From the human T2T-CHM13v2.0 reference genome, Homo sapiens, in the NCBI GenBank assembly GCA_009914755.4, contig CP068257.2:7552001-7616000 (forward strand): DNA of 64,000 bases. Direction: 5' to 3'. Below, piece by piece: positions 1 to 15,756 of this stretch (the stretch's first letter is position 1; each line of letters begins with the position of its first letter). Position numbers and translations under genes: made by a program. The notes beneath the pieces were generated by a model, which was not told where the DNA came from, did no database searches, and saw only the letters and a list, made by a program, of their open reading frames with translations.

Positions 1-50
1 GGTGCAGCAAACCATCATGGAACACGTTTACCTATATAAGAAACTTGTTG

Positions 51-144
51 GCCAGACTGGTCTTTAACTCCTGACCTCATGATCTTCCTGCCTTGGCCTC
101 CCAAAGTGCTGGGATTACAGGTGTGGCCACCATGCCTGGTGGCT
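51..144 (-). mobile_element. Alu fragment (left arm, antisense)
   Basis: ggccagactggtctttaactcctgacctcatgatc...cctcccaaagtgctgggattacaggtgtggccacc is the reverse complement of the Alu 5' arm. Confidence 0.85.
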
Positions 145-325
145 ATTTCTCTTTTTAAATTCTCTCAGGACTCCTAAAATCTCAAAACTTTGACCTAGAT
201 TCCCTAATCTACATTTCCAGCTCTGACCATTTTCTTGAGGTCTCTTCCTTCTAGTACACATATTATAGAAAATATTCTCAACCACATGCTCATACATTGC
301 TAATTGGTGCAGATTACTTTTGTAG

Positions 326-832
<507 letters not shown>

Positions 833-1224
833 TGAGAATCATATTATCAATTGTTTGCCTTTGTTTTCTTTTAAAGAAATTCCTTTTCCATAGAGATATG
901 GCATGATGAAAGTCTTGTTCTAAAGTTTCTTTTGGGGGACACTTAACTATGTCATTGGGAAGCTTCAGTAAGTAGAGAACTCCCTTCTTCTCACTCAAGA
1001 TTCTTCATCTCAAAATGGTGTCCACCAAATGTCTTAATCCAGGTAGTCTTTTGTGTAGAAATTCATGAAATAAGAACCTTCTCGAGAAGTTGGAGGCTAG
1101 TGATTGAGATGGTTTAACGCTGCCCCTTATTATATGTTTTACTCCCAAGGTAGACATCAAAGTGGCTAATAATTCTATGACTGATGTCTAACTCACTTCT
1201 ATGGGAATCTATACAAAACGTTTT

Positions 1225-1387
1225 ATTTATGAGACAGAGTCTCCCTCTGTTACCCAGCCTGGAGTGCAGCGGCTTGATCACTGTTCACTACAGCCTCAAT
1301 ATTCCAAGCTCAAACGACCCTCCTACCACAGCCTCCCAATGTAGCTGGGACTACAGGCGTGCACCACCATGCCTCAGATAAGTGTTT

Positions 1388-1420
<33 letters not shown>

Positions 1421-1498
1421 GACAGGGTCTCACTATATTGCTCTGGCTGGTCTCAAACTCATGGGCTCAAACGATCCTCCTGCTTCAGCCTTCCAAAA
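1225..1498 (-). mobile_element. Alu, antisense, with expanded internal T-run (1389-1417)
   Basis: gagacagagtctccctctgttacccagcctggagtgcagcgg...; 29-nt T run; gagacagggtctcactatattgctctggctggtctcaaactcatgggctcaaacgatcctcc. Confidence 0.85.
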
Positions 1499-3703
1499 CC
1501 AGGTGTTTAACTGGGGACTAACATGAAACACTTAGAAGACTACGTGGAACATAGTGAGCTACATAAAATATTTGCTATTAGCATAATAATTTTATTGTAT
1601 ATCTTAACAAAATTGTGTATTTTAGGCAGGTGGCATGCCAATGGAAGTACTCTCCTATAGCTGCACTGAATCATTCTTACCACTGAGAGTTGCAGCAAAT
1701 GGGGGACATAATTTATAACTTACTTTTCTCTCTGTATGACTCATTAGGCAATGACTATGTATGTACTACAATGTAAACAGCACCTCCTGGATTGAATAGT
1801 ACATAACTGACATGACCAGCAGAGACAGGCTAAAGACACTGAGCTGAAAACCCTGGACTCTATTGCTAAATCAAGGCTCCTGAATCCGTTCCCTCTGAGA
1901 AACTGTTGCTGTGGTGCTGCCTTCACAAGCACTCTGCTGAGCACTCATATTGAGGGGCTGTGCTATCCGTCATCGGACAAGCTGCACCCAGAACTGTTCA
2001 GCTGACAAACTGGTAGCAGTCCAGAAACACAGTTCTGCTGCATAGTGAAAAAAGGCCAATTTAGATTCTTTTTCATAGAGAGAAAAACATAAACATGTGA
2101 TTGAACGAGTCTCCTGTATTAGACTAATTGGGTTGGCTTTGATATTTAATTGCTAAAAACACACTTAGAATATAAACCTTACTGTGTCAAGGTCTCAAAG
2201 AAGAAATAATTGGTATGGTATAAAGTATTGAATTGTATGCTACAAACTTCTAAGCTAAAATATTTTCAATGTATGCAAGGATAGGTGGCACACATATTAT
2301 ATATTATTCCCCCATTAAGCAAATTTATAATGAGAGAAAACTATCTTCCATAAAAAAATAAAAGCCATGTAAAATTAAGAACTAAGTTTTTCTGCAAAGA
2401 CTAGACAACGATTGCTAACACATAAGGTCAATGAGAGAACACTCAGAGAAAGCTTCATGAAAACAATAAATTGTCTGCCACTTCTGAGTGAATGAGGCTA
2501 GATGAATAGAAACTGAGAAGGCAGAAAGGATAGCATGAGCAAGACAAGTGCTGAAATCTGCCCAATTAACTCTGAGGATAAAGTCCAATGGCAGAGAAAT
2601 AAAAACGCGTGTCCACATAATAACCTGTAAGTGAATGTTCGCAGCAGCATTTTTCATAAGAGCTAAACAGTGGAAACTAACCTAAAGGTCCATCAACCGA
2701 TGAATGAATGGAAAACCAGTATAGACATGGAATAGAATATCACTTAACTGTAAGAAGAAATAAACTACCAATGTGTGCTAAAACATTATGCTAAGTGAAT
2801 TCTGAAAACATTATGCTAAGTGAAAAAGCCAGTCACAAAGGACTACGTATTGTATAACTCTATGTATATGAAATAGGCAGAACAGGCGAACATATGGAGA
2901 CAAAAGCAGATAGATGGTGGTTGCCTACAACAGAGGTAGGTGGAGGGACATGGAGGAAGGCTGCAGTCATGCCTAGGAGATGTAGCGTTGCTTTTCAGGG
3001 TGATGAAAATGCTGTGAATTACTAATAGATACTGAGTTGTACATTTTAAATGGTTGAACTCTCTCAAATGTGAATGATATCTCAGTGAAACTGTTTTTAA
3101 AATCCGAAGGCAGGATCAAGATAATTTTCTCAACTCTCAATTTTTGATGTACATGTTATCTCAAATTTAAATATTTCCACAGTTTTATAGTATATTTTAA
3201 ATAAAAGATAAAGAAAATGCCTAACTTTTCAAATAGTTTGTAAATTAACCTAAAACATGCACTTTTAAAAGAATAGTATAATGGCCTTTCTGTACAAGTT
3301 AACCTAGAATCTGTGAAATAAATAGACACAGATTCTGTGTCCACTCACAAAAGTGAAGAAATAAGACAATTTTCTGGAACATTCCATGAAACATTCTTCT
3401 CTGATTTAATCTGGCCTGCCTCATCAGAGCAATACAAAAATTACTTAAAAATACTGTTTTAACAGGACAAAAGTCAGTTTTCTATGAGGAATGATATATA
3501 ATTCTCAACTTTTCCAAGGGTACGTATTGTAAGAGAAAAGGTATGCAATGGTTTTTCAAAATGGTAGAATGAAAGTCACAATATAAAAAAATAAGTACAT
3601 TATAGAGATAGTAAAGTGGAAATAATTCATTGTAATGAAAATAAAAAATCAAGCTTCTGCCATAATTCGTATCCTAAAACATGTTATGTAATTCAACTAG
3701 CTA

Positions 3704-3940
<237 letters not shown>

Positions 3941-5439
3941 TTAATAATATTTAACTCTAACATACGTACTTTGAAAATTATCACCACACATATCAATTCA
4001 CCTTCTTTTAATCACATGTACACATTTTTATTTATTACTGAATTCAGTGAGGGATGCACAATATGTTCTCTTCCTGCCAAATTGGTATTCTCTTACTTAC
4101 ATAACAGATTCATCCCACCATTCAATCATCTTAGAAGCTCAACTCAACCTCAAAGTTCCTCACATATTCAATCACCTGTTCAAATCCTTCCAACAGATTC
4201 CTATCTCAGAATAAAAGTAAAATTCCAATGGCCTTTGAGGTCCTAGGTAAACAGGTCTCTACCTCCCTCTCTGACTTCAAAGCTCCTACAACTCCCTCCT
4301 GTAATTACTCCATTCCCACTGTACGTGAAGCCTGCCACCCCTCTGTCTGAAAATAGGGATCTAATGCCTTACTCATAAATCACAGGCAGCTACAAGTATC
4401 TTTGTACTGAACAAAATTATATTCCAATGATAGTCATTAAGCCTTGAAATAAAAATTAGGAGCTAATTATTAATATAAATATTCAAAGTAAACTATAAAT
4501 ACCAGTGGGAAGACTAAACCAAATATAGTTTTGCTAAATATTACCACATGTATCCTAAATTATGATTTTATAACAAGTAGGTGCCTTTAAAACATTACAT
4601 AGTCATAAAAATATGTAATTTGACATATTTTCAGATTTGTTAAATTAATATGATTAATAACAAAGATATACCAACTAAAATACATAAAAAGCTACTTAAA
4701 GCAAGGTATTACAAGACACAGCAATACACTTCAGTTCATCTGGGAAATCTAGAATTAAGTGTCAAAGATAATCAATTAAATTTTAATTTGAAAATACTCA
4801 TTTCAGGTGTAAACATTTCCATTTATACTTACATTATGGTCTTAACATGTGGCAACATAAAGTCATTAAAATTATTATTTCAGCAGTACAGAACTATCTA
4901 CCTTAAAATATGACTCTGTGCCTAATAAAATTTCATAGGTGACACAATGTCTTTTCTCAAAGTAAATCATCTCTCACCTCTACCTTTTATTTCCTAGAAA
5001 TGGGGCACGTTTCTAAGCTGGTATAGTAAACACGGTTTTCCTTTTTTTTTATTAAAACAGCTTTGTTGAAATATAATTTACATACTATAGAATGTATCTG
5101 TTTTAACTTAAAGTTAAAAGAATTTTTAGTCCATTTACTGAGTTGTGCAGCCATCTCTACAATCAAACTTTACAGCATTTCCATCACTGCAAGATCCCTG
5201 ACGCCCATTAGCAGTCACTACCAGCTTTCAGCCCCAGCCCTTTGCAAACATTAGTCTACTTTTTGTCCCTATACGTTTATCTTTTCTGGATGCTTCATGT
5301 AAATGGAATTATACAGTATGGTAAACACACTTTTTATCCATTGATTTTTATATTCAACTAAGTTCAACATGTATCCAGAACCAAATGTTTAAATTTTCTT
5401 TCTAAAAGTTTGAAAATATTTATCTTCCTTGATACTTAC

Positions 5440-6356
<917 letters not shown>

Positions 6357-6565
6357 CTAAATAAAACAAAAGAAAGTTTTAGCTAGTACTCAATAAAATA
6401 TCATGATTACCTCTGAAGTTAAAGAATAACCTGCACATCCATATACTAAAAAGGTTACTGTAAGTGGATATCCAACTGGAGAAAAAGTTGAAGCAAAACT
6501 TTGAACTTTATAGAGCATAAGTTCCAAAAAGTTCAGAAATTTATTTAAAGTCAATGAATTTATAA

Positions 6566-6590
6566 AAGTAAACACACACACACACACGCA
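6566..6590. repeat. (AC)n microsatellite
   Basis: acacacacacacacacgcacacc. Confidence 0.9.
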
Positions 6591-7509
6591 CACCAGAGAA
6601 TTTTTAAGAATTTCAGAATTGGAAAAGCCTTTCCCTGAATTACAACAAACTCAAAAGCATAAATTAAAGCATTAACAAATTTGACTAAATTAAAATATAT
6701 CAAAAAATTGCATTTACACTTTGATATCTAACCCATACACCACCCTATAGTAAGAACCTTAGTTCACACATATTTGGACAGATAAAATTTCTCAGAGTTA
6801 TTACAGTTCTGTTTCACTGATAACATTCTATTTTAATTTGACTCTTTTAACACTTTTATAGTCAGTTGAAAGAATTACATTTACTAAATCATAAATCTAG
6901 ACATTATACTAGTCACTCCTATATACATTCATTGATGAACCCATCTAGTTACCACAAATTTGAAAAAGAAATGTTAAAAATATAAGCAAGCTACAGGATT
7001 TTCCCCAGGACTTCTTACTCTACTTCTAGTTCTCTGACAGATCACAGTTACTTCTGTGGTGTAAATGTATCAATACGAAAGAAAACATTTATTTCAAAAC
7101 ACCAATGGTAAATAAGATAAAATTTATAGAGCTCTTCTTAGAATATCATGAGATTATTTGTGATTGCAATAATTTGTTTCCTCTTTATAGTATTAGGTAC
7201 AGTAATCAATATGAAATGGCGGGAAGTACAAGGAACAATTTTACTGGGAACAAAATCTTTATCAATAGGTTATCACTAAGTATATATTATGGCATATTAT
7301 TGTTTTCAAAAGCTCTTTGTAATAAAATAATATCCTATGTGGATGCCAAGATTTATAATAAAAATAATTGTACCTGTAAGTGTCATCATTCATTTTTTAA
7401 AAATGAGATAACATTTCTGGTTTGTTTTAGACCAAAATATTATATATTAAATCAAGAGGATATTATAAGTAACATTGATAAAATAAAGTTTAAAATATAG
7501 AATTTTTAC

Positions 7510-7631
7510 CAAAGATTTATTTATCTGATTTGGAGTATTTCTTGTAGTCTTCGGTTTCATCTCTAGTGATTGAATAGTTGGTTCAAGTTGTTTTGCTTCA
7601 ACTTCTTTCTTATATTGTTTCCCTTTCCTTT
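7510..7631 (-). pseudogene. candidate ANKRD26/30-like exon (…KGKQYKKEVEAKQLEPTIQSLEMKPKTTRNTPNQINKSL)
   Basis: Open minus-strand frame flanked by acceptor ...gaattag| and donor TTTG|gtaaaaatt at 7510; lysine/glutamate-rich coiled-coil-type sequence. Confidence 0.35.
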
Positions 7632-8750
7632 CTAATTCTTCTCTATTTTTTTGTACAGCATATTAACATTTGTTTTTTCTTCACTTTCTTGTCTTAAGAT
7701 GCATCTGCAGACAAAGACATTTATCTTAAAATTCATTTTGTTAAAAAATAAAGAGATCATCCTGTGATCTACCTCTGCAGATGCTCTTTATCATCCTAGT
7801 AAAATTTCTATGTTCTGGATTATTTTTCCTTTGTAGTTCTCAGATATTTAATTTCTCACTTCAACATCTTCAAACGAATGCATATACTTGAAAATTAGTA
7901 AGGAAAGAATATTCTGCTAAAGTTTTTATTACTAGTCACTCTAGTATGTATTATACAAAAAGATACTGGAAATAATTCAGTATAGTTAGAAGTTCAAAAT
8001 TACCTTTTCAAATCACACAGTCATAATTATTACCTGATTAGAAAAGGTCATTTACAATCAACTAAATTTTTAAAGTTACTATTTATTGACAAGCGTATAA
8101 GTTCACTAGAAATAAATTTTCATCTCTATGAAATATTGCAGGTGTCTCTCCAAATGATTTACAGAGTAAGATATCTCTCACACAAACTATATCTGCAGAT
8201 TATTGTCATCTAAAACTAGGCTAAAGAGTCTAACATCTGTTACCCCACACTTTTTCTAATTCTTTCTTAATACTTCCAGTTCACCTTCTTATTACATATA
8301 TTTTATATATTTATTAAGCTATTGTTCATTATGTGTAATATATAATTAATGCCCTTAATAAGTGTGTGTATGTTTACACAAGTTATGTTTTCCTGTGAAA
8401 TCTAGTCCCAGAAGTGGAGTTGTTGAGTTAAAGGGATGTCAGGTTATTTGAAATTTTGATAAACAGCACTAAGTTACCCTTCAGAAATAATTTACCAATT
8501 TCATATACCAACATTGTATGAGAATGCCTTTTTCCTCTCATTTTCAATGGTAGGAATTACTTTTTCAATATCAGCATGACTTTACAAAATATATCTTATT
8601 TTATGTTAATTTGCATTTTTCTGATTACTAGGCAGGGCTAAATATCCCTGGTAAAACTATAAAACTTGTTAATCATAATGAACATTAGTCCAATTTTGAA
8701 TTAGTTTATAGCACAATGACAATTATCTGCTGAGAAATACTGCTATAGGT

Positions 8751-9053
<303 letters not shown>

Positions 9054-9073
9054 ACTGCTATAGGCTTACTTAC

Positions 9074-9237
9074 CTATCATGCTCTTCCTTCAGTTTCTTG
9101 GGAAATTGCTGAGGATACGTTTTCCCAATCTTTCTTTCTTTGGTTAATCTGTCAGCAGCAGCAGAAGATGTACTATGACATACATTTTCTGATAGTTGTA
9201 TTTTTTCACTTTTGTTTGTATTATTTCCTTCTTTGAC
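9074..9237 (-). pseudogene. candidate ANKRD26/30-like exon (VKEGNNTNKSEKIQLSENVCHSTSSAAADRLTKERKIGKTYPQQFPKKLKEEHDR)
   Basis: 164-bp open minus-strand frame; acceptor ttttattaaag| at 9237; strong donor GATAG|gtaagtaagc at 9074. Confidence 0.4.
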
Positions 9238-11047
9238 CTTTAATAAAAGTAATATGAATAATAATTATTATTTTATTCAATAAAAAAACTTTTTCCCTGA
9301 TTTTTTAACTTGATTCAGGTTAACTATCACCATTTTAATGATAAAAGTATTTTGTGCTTACTTTAATTTTATCATTATACATAATAATTATAAGATACTC
9401 ATCATTTTATCATTGAAATTTTTGTCAAGTCTGCTCATTTCTGTTTGAGTGAATGGAAGAATTTTCCAAAATTTCAAAAAGGACTCTTCTCCATTTTGTG
9501 CTTTTATTCGCATCCACTCTTTGCTATCTGATATAAATGTTTATGCTAGTTGACTGGCAGAAACAGAGAAATAAAAAGACACAGGCATAACATATATCTT
9601 CTGTCATTGCCACATGGATTTTACATGAAATAGCCAGATTAAGAGGATGTAACCTTGTAGGCCTTCAAGAACAGTAAAGAAGTTTTCCCTTTTCTGCACT
9701 GAGCTATTCTTTTCCCCACTGCCTTTTATCTCTTTTTTTTTTTTTTGAATCCTGGGATATCAAAAAAGTGAAAGTTCTCCCTGAACTATGGGAACCAATG
9801 TTTGTTTGCCACAACACAAGAAGCAGAATGAAACTGCTGAGTTCCTAGTGCAGAATTCTGGAAAACGAGATGCTTCCCAGATTTCACATTCAGTTACCAC
9901 AAATGTTTATAGGTGGAACACATATGGTACAGTTATCTACTTAAGCCATATTATCTACTGAAAATGGGAGTCAAACCAACCAAGACATACGAAATGTTTC
10001 ATCCAGAGCTCTTGAGGCGGCATTCCCTAGCATTTCATGGCACCAAATAACATTATACAATTCCATGTTGCTGAATTACATAAATTACCAGATAAATTTA
10101 TCAAATTAGTCAGATATATTAAAAGTCTAACGAGCAAAGCAATTTAACACCTCAGAGGGTGGAAAAAGGCCTCATCTGCTTTTACTTTGAAAGAAGAAAA
10201 TCTCTAGATTTTTGTCTATCTTTAGAACACAGTGTACAGAACTCAACTTTCTACTAAAGAGTCAAAGGTTAAATTTTTAGCTAAGAAATTATTCTTCTTA
10301 CATGATAAAAATCATACATGCCAAAACTTACCATACTTTATTAAACAACATAATGTAAGGTCTGATTCAACAGAAATATTGGAGTGGTGATTTTTTTAAA
10401 TATGTGGAAGTATATATTTGTTTTCAAAATATTGGAAATAACCATGATGGAACTATAAATTCAAACAGTTTGAGCTAAGCAGATAAACTTGCATGCATGA
10501 AAACACATTAAACAGACTCATTTGTCTGGGAATATTCATTGCAACTCTCAAGGCGAGACGTGTTTTTGTGGCTCATCTCAGTCATTGCTTCCCTCCCATT
10601 GTATTCCCATTCTATCATTAAATAAATGTAATTCATCTCTAAATGACTATAGTAAAAAGAATCTAGAATCTAAAGCTTATTTCTTTAGCAATTTCTTTAT
10701 GTTGATCTGGTTCAGAAGGTCACATGGTATATGGCTGAATTAGTTTCCCAGCTCATATGCCACTTGGAAGACTGAGAGTGAGACTTAGGTTGATTAATGA
10801 ACAAACATTATGAGAACATTCTCCGAACCATTGTTTAGATAGCAGGACTAGTCTACTTTGACACATAATTACACATTTAGAAAACCCCGCTGTAACTGTA
10901 CACATGGGATTTTCTTGAATAGAAAATTTGACTAAATCAAATAATTGATAAAGAGAAAAAAGAAGCAGCAAGTGAACCTCTGTCTTTTTGAAGTTGGACT
11001 TTCTCTTTCTCCAAAGCCAGGAACTCTACTTGTAACATGCCTACCTC

Positions 11048-11140
11048 ATTCTTTTTACTATTATTATACTTTAAGTTCTGGTACATGTGCACAATGTGCA
11101 GGTTTGTTACGTATGTACACATGTGCTATGTTAGTGACCT
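11048..11140 (-). mobile_element. L1 3'-end fragment (antisense)
   Basis: ttattatactttaagttctggtacatgtgcacaatgtgcaggtttgttacgtatgtacacatgtgc is the reverse complement of the conserved L1 3' end motif. Confidence 0.7.
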
Positions 11141-13280
11141 TGAAATATCTTGCTGTAAGTTTCTAGCTATATTTTTTGATGTTCTCTCACTATGTGGCAA
11201 AGAATAACCCAGATTTTATAATTCAAGATTCATGGTTTTGTAGTTATTAACACTGGGATTGTCATTCAGTGGCTTCTGGAATAAGCATTGTGTTGGTTTT
11301 CTGTTTTTATAAGTATCTGTAGCAGCAGAAATACTGTGGCTTTCTATCTGAATCATATGCTTCATTTCTTTGGGGTGGGTAAACCACAAATCAAAAAGAC
11401 TTTCTGGATCTCTAGACTGAGACCAATGCCTAATGTCTAATTTCCAATTAGTGGTATTTGGGTTTATACATTTTTCCATTTGCATGTCAAACTCTTAATC
11501 ATCTTTCATTTCAATCATAATTACTGGGTTCTTTACTTTTTCAGTTTCTATATCATAACAAAAATTTTCATCATCTGTGTTAGAAACAAGCTGTGTGTCT
11601 GGTTTGTTATCATTTTTATAGTCTGATTTATTTTAATTTAAATGAAGCTTAGAAGATGACTGGTAAGTGTATTTCAGGGACCTGGAGTGTGAATGGAATA
11701 AAAAGACATTTGACATGGGCTTCCTCTGTTCAGGCGCTGCCTGGACTGCCACAGAGCTAGACCCTCCAGATACATTTTTCTCCTCACAATCAGGGACATG
11801 ATTCATCACACTAGAGGGCACTCCTTTTTTGTTCATCCCTCTTTAGAGTTACCATGTAGGAGCTCTTCCTCAGGGCAAGCAGTAATTTTGGAGTTTTCAG
11901 AACTTTTACCAATATTCAGCTTGAACTTGTTTGTAATGAATTTTAAAGAAAGTCATGAATATATAGATAGATTCCCTTTATCACAGTTCTTACCCAGTTC
12001 TGGTTCTTGAGACTTTTTTGGGGGGGGGTCAGGTGCAAAATGGAAAACAAATTTGCTTGTTTTGTTTCTCAGATGTCTTTTCTGTCAGAGTGCATGTTTT
12101 AAAATTAGCTTTAATCAAGTATAAACAAAGAAATATTAGAAAATAATTAAAATTTAACTGTGAAACTTAATCTATGTGTTGCTACTCTTAAATTATGGGA
12201 TTGTATCTAAAAAGTGAAAAATAATTTGCCTTGGCTTAACATAGGACAGAAACATGAACCAGCAAGCTGAACTCTCAGTGTCTGTTTGGACTAAACTTAA
12301 TGCATTTGTGTAAAATCTACCAGAAATGAATTCAAAGATGATAGGTAGTATTATAAAAGCTTCCTCTCTTACAAAGACTTTACCTCAGCATACCAGAAAG
12401 AGTGAGCCCCTACAGTGCATGTTTATTTCTGAAGATGAACTAGAGCACTAGGCAAACACTAAATTATTAAGAGCTAAACTGAACACCAATAAGAAAGAGA
12501 AGCAAAATTTTAAATTCTAATTCAAATGATATACTATGATAGTGTTATGTATCTAGATAGAATTTCTGCTTATATCCACTTCTAATATATTTTAAGTTCC
12601 GGTAGTGATAGGGTTTGGATTTTTTAAATTTTAGTAATGTTTACTATGTATTTATGTTGAAATAAAGTTATTGTTCACACCCTGACACCAAAGGTCCCAT
12701 TCTGCAAGGTAGGATTCTATTAATAGGCAACTGCATTGACTTTTATGACCCCATTCACTCCCTGAACACAGACACAGAAGTCAGCTGGTGACCACAAAAC
12801 AGAATAAATCTTTAACCTCGGCACTGGTGACCAGCAATATAAAACTGCAACATTTGAAACACTGGCAATGATGACTCCTTTAACACTAGTTTAACTCAGT
12901 GGCCATTGTTGTTAAACTGTTCATAATTTCTATTCCTCAGTAATATGACCCAATACTTCATGTTACCTTGTGTATTATGAGTAAGGTTACATAAATAAAA
13001 CAGCAAGATAATTCTGAAAATTTCTTGCCTCAATTCCAAGGGTAAAGACAACTATGAGTTACTAGAGATACTAAGAATTACTAGAATAACTAATAGTTAC
13101 TAGAGATAGTAAGAATATCTTAAGTTTCATAACTGGTTAAGATGTTTTAAAAATTAAATATAAAATTATGATCTATTGGATTCTAAAGGTATAGTCTGAA
13201 AGGTCATGTCATTTGGACTATGCTTTGTTAGTAAAGCAAAAAAAACCTAATATTAAACAAGAACTTAAATTTTCATATAC

Positions 13281-13351
13281 CTGTGATTGCTTCTTTTCAC
13301 TTCTTTCACACCTTTCTTGCTCTTCCTCTAAAGCCACTGGTAAGGTTTGTT
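13281..13351 (-). pseudogene. candidate ANKRD26/30-like micro-exon (…QTLPVALEEEQERCERSEKKQSQ)
   Basis: 71-bp open frame with acceptor tttgtcaacag| and donor CACAG|gtatatg. Confidence 0.3.
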
Positions 13352-13868
13352 CTGTTGACAAATTCATTGATTTAGTTCAAATGAACTAAGAAGAGTTAGA
13401 TAAAGACTATAATCTTTATAAAAATAAATAGAGAATAACATTTCTTTGTATTTTATATTTTGAGAGTTTGAATGAAACAATGTTTACTGAAATATTTACT
13501 TCTGTAAGAAATACTTCTAATTATCCAAAACTTCAACAAACCACTTGGGGAGACACCAGATATCACCAGATTCAAGCCATGCAAAATCTCAGGGACACTC
13601 ACAAATTGTTCCACCCAACGTAAGTCAACAAAACTGTTGGAAACAAAACAGAAATTTGAAATACAGTCAAAATATACAATGTAATGCTTTACTATACTTC
13701 ATAACAGTATCTTTTTAACAAGACACTAATTGAGTTAGCAGTTACTAATAACTTGCAAAATTATTGTTGTTTATACCTCAATTAGTGTGCACCCCATTTT
13801 TTATATCACAAATGTTTTCCCCTGCTATTCTGAAAAATTTATTTTCATCTTTTAAGACTCAGAAAGTA

Positions 13869-14163
13869 GGCTGGGCATAATAGCTCACATCTGTAATCCC
13901 AGCACTTTGGAAGGCCAAAATGGGAGAATTGCTCAAGGCCAAAAGTTTAAGACCAGCCTGGGAACCATAGGTAACCTTGACTCTACAAAAAATTAGACAG
14001 GTATGGTGATATGTTCCTGTTGTCCCCGCTACTCAAGAAGCTTAGATGAGAAGATCCCTCGAGCCCAGAAGTCTGAGGTTTCAGTGAGTCTCAATCATGC
14101 CATTGCACTCCAATCCTGGGTGATAGAGTAAGAACTTGTCTCCAAAAAGAGGAAGAAAAAAAG
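13869..14163 (+). mobile_element. Alu (older subfamily), sense
   Basis: ggctgggcataatagctcacatctgtaatcccagcactttggaaggcc ... cattgcactccaatcctgggtgatagagtaagaacttgtctcc. Confidence 0.9.
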
Positions 14164-14714
14164 GCTCAGAATGCTATGTGAAATCTTCCTTGATTCTAGC
14201 TATCTTTCTCCACACACACAGGTGTCTGCTTCGTTGGGGTCCCTTAGTACCTTGTCAATTTTTCTAGTGTCACTTTACCACCTGACCTGCACATCATGTC
14301 TTTACATGTTGACCCCCTTTGCTGCTAGACTGTAGAGGACAATCTTTTGAATCATCTTTGTATAAACAGTCTTAATTTTGCTAAATAATTACTTATTGAG
14401 TTCCTGCTAAGTGTTAGGCACTGGGGAATAAGGAAGGAAAATAGAAGCTGTCAGGGATGGCTTTCCTAAAGATCACCCATGAGCTGAGACTTAGAGAGTG
14501 AGGTTAGCCAGATTAAGCGAGGCAGAGGGCAGGAAAGGGTGAGCACATGCCAGGCGGCAACAAGAGAGGAAGAGAAGCCTCCAAGAGAGTATGTATTTCT
14601 CTGCAGAAGAGGAATGGTGAGGGGCCATTACCAGCAGCTCAGTAATTCCAGAGAAAAAGACAGATGGGGAAAGGGATACAGATGGAGATTTGGGCAGAAA
14701 TCAGTTTCCTTTCC

Positions 14715-15006
14715 TTTTCTTTTTTGGGACAAGGTTATACTCTGTCTCCCAGACTGGAGGGCAGTGGCATGATCTCAGCTCACTGCAACCCGGCCTCCCA
14801 GGTTCAAGTAATTCTCCTGCATCAGCCTCCTGAGTAGCTGAGATTACAGGCGCGTGCCACTACCACCTGCTAATTTTTGTATTTTATTAGAGATGGGGTT
14901 TCACCTTGTTGGCCAGGCTGGTCTTGAACTCCTGACCTCAAATGATCCACTTGCTTCAGCCTCCCAAAGTGCTGGGATCACAGACATGAGCCACCTTGCC
15001 CAACCC
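14715..15006 (-). mobile_element. Alu, antisense
   Basis: ttttttgggacaaggttatactctgtctcccagactggagggcagtggcatgatctcagctcactgc ... cctcccaaagtgctgggatcacagacatgagccacc. Confidence 0.9.
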
Positions 15007-15434
15007 AGAAGTCAGTTTCTGAAATCCTTATATAAACCTTTAAGATGCTTGGACATTAGGTATTCAGGAGTGGTTCACGGATCTATTTGCATTAAGGATA
15101 ATTCACTCTAAATACTGTGAGGAGCATAAAATTCTGAGGCATATAAATCAATGAACAAAGATAAAATATAAGGCAATGTTGCAAAGGTGATGCAGGCCTG
15201 AGGAGATGTTTTCAGAAATATTTAGGATATAGGTATCAGTGGCCATTATAAGAATGAATTTCTATTGAATAAATAAATGTATATATCTGGGTCCCTGAAG
15301 AAATACACTCTGCTCATTACTTTACAAATTTTATCAAATGAGAAGTAAAATAATATACATAAACTCTTTCAGTTACTTGTATTTACTTTACCCTTTTTCT
15401 TTTCAGTTTTACTGTGCCAAGGAAATGCATTTGG

Positions 15435-15467
15435 GTTTTGTGGTGGTTGTTGTGGTTGTGGTTGTTT

Positions 15468-15470
<3 letters not shown>
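15435..15470. repeat. (GTT/GTG)n-type simple repeat abutting the Alu poly-T
   Basis: tgtggtggttgttgtggttgtggttgtttttgtttttt. Confidence 0.7.

Positions 15471-15756
<286 letters not shown>

Noticed and set aside
10937-11122. Minus-strand ORF with coiled-coil flavour (…LQVEFLALEKEKVQLQKD…) near the ANKRD-like exons
   Set aside because: It overlaps an L1 3'-end fragment and lacks clear splice sites. I could not tie it to the ANKRD26-like family with any confidence.
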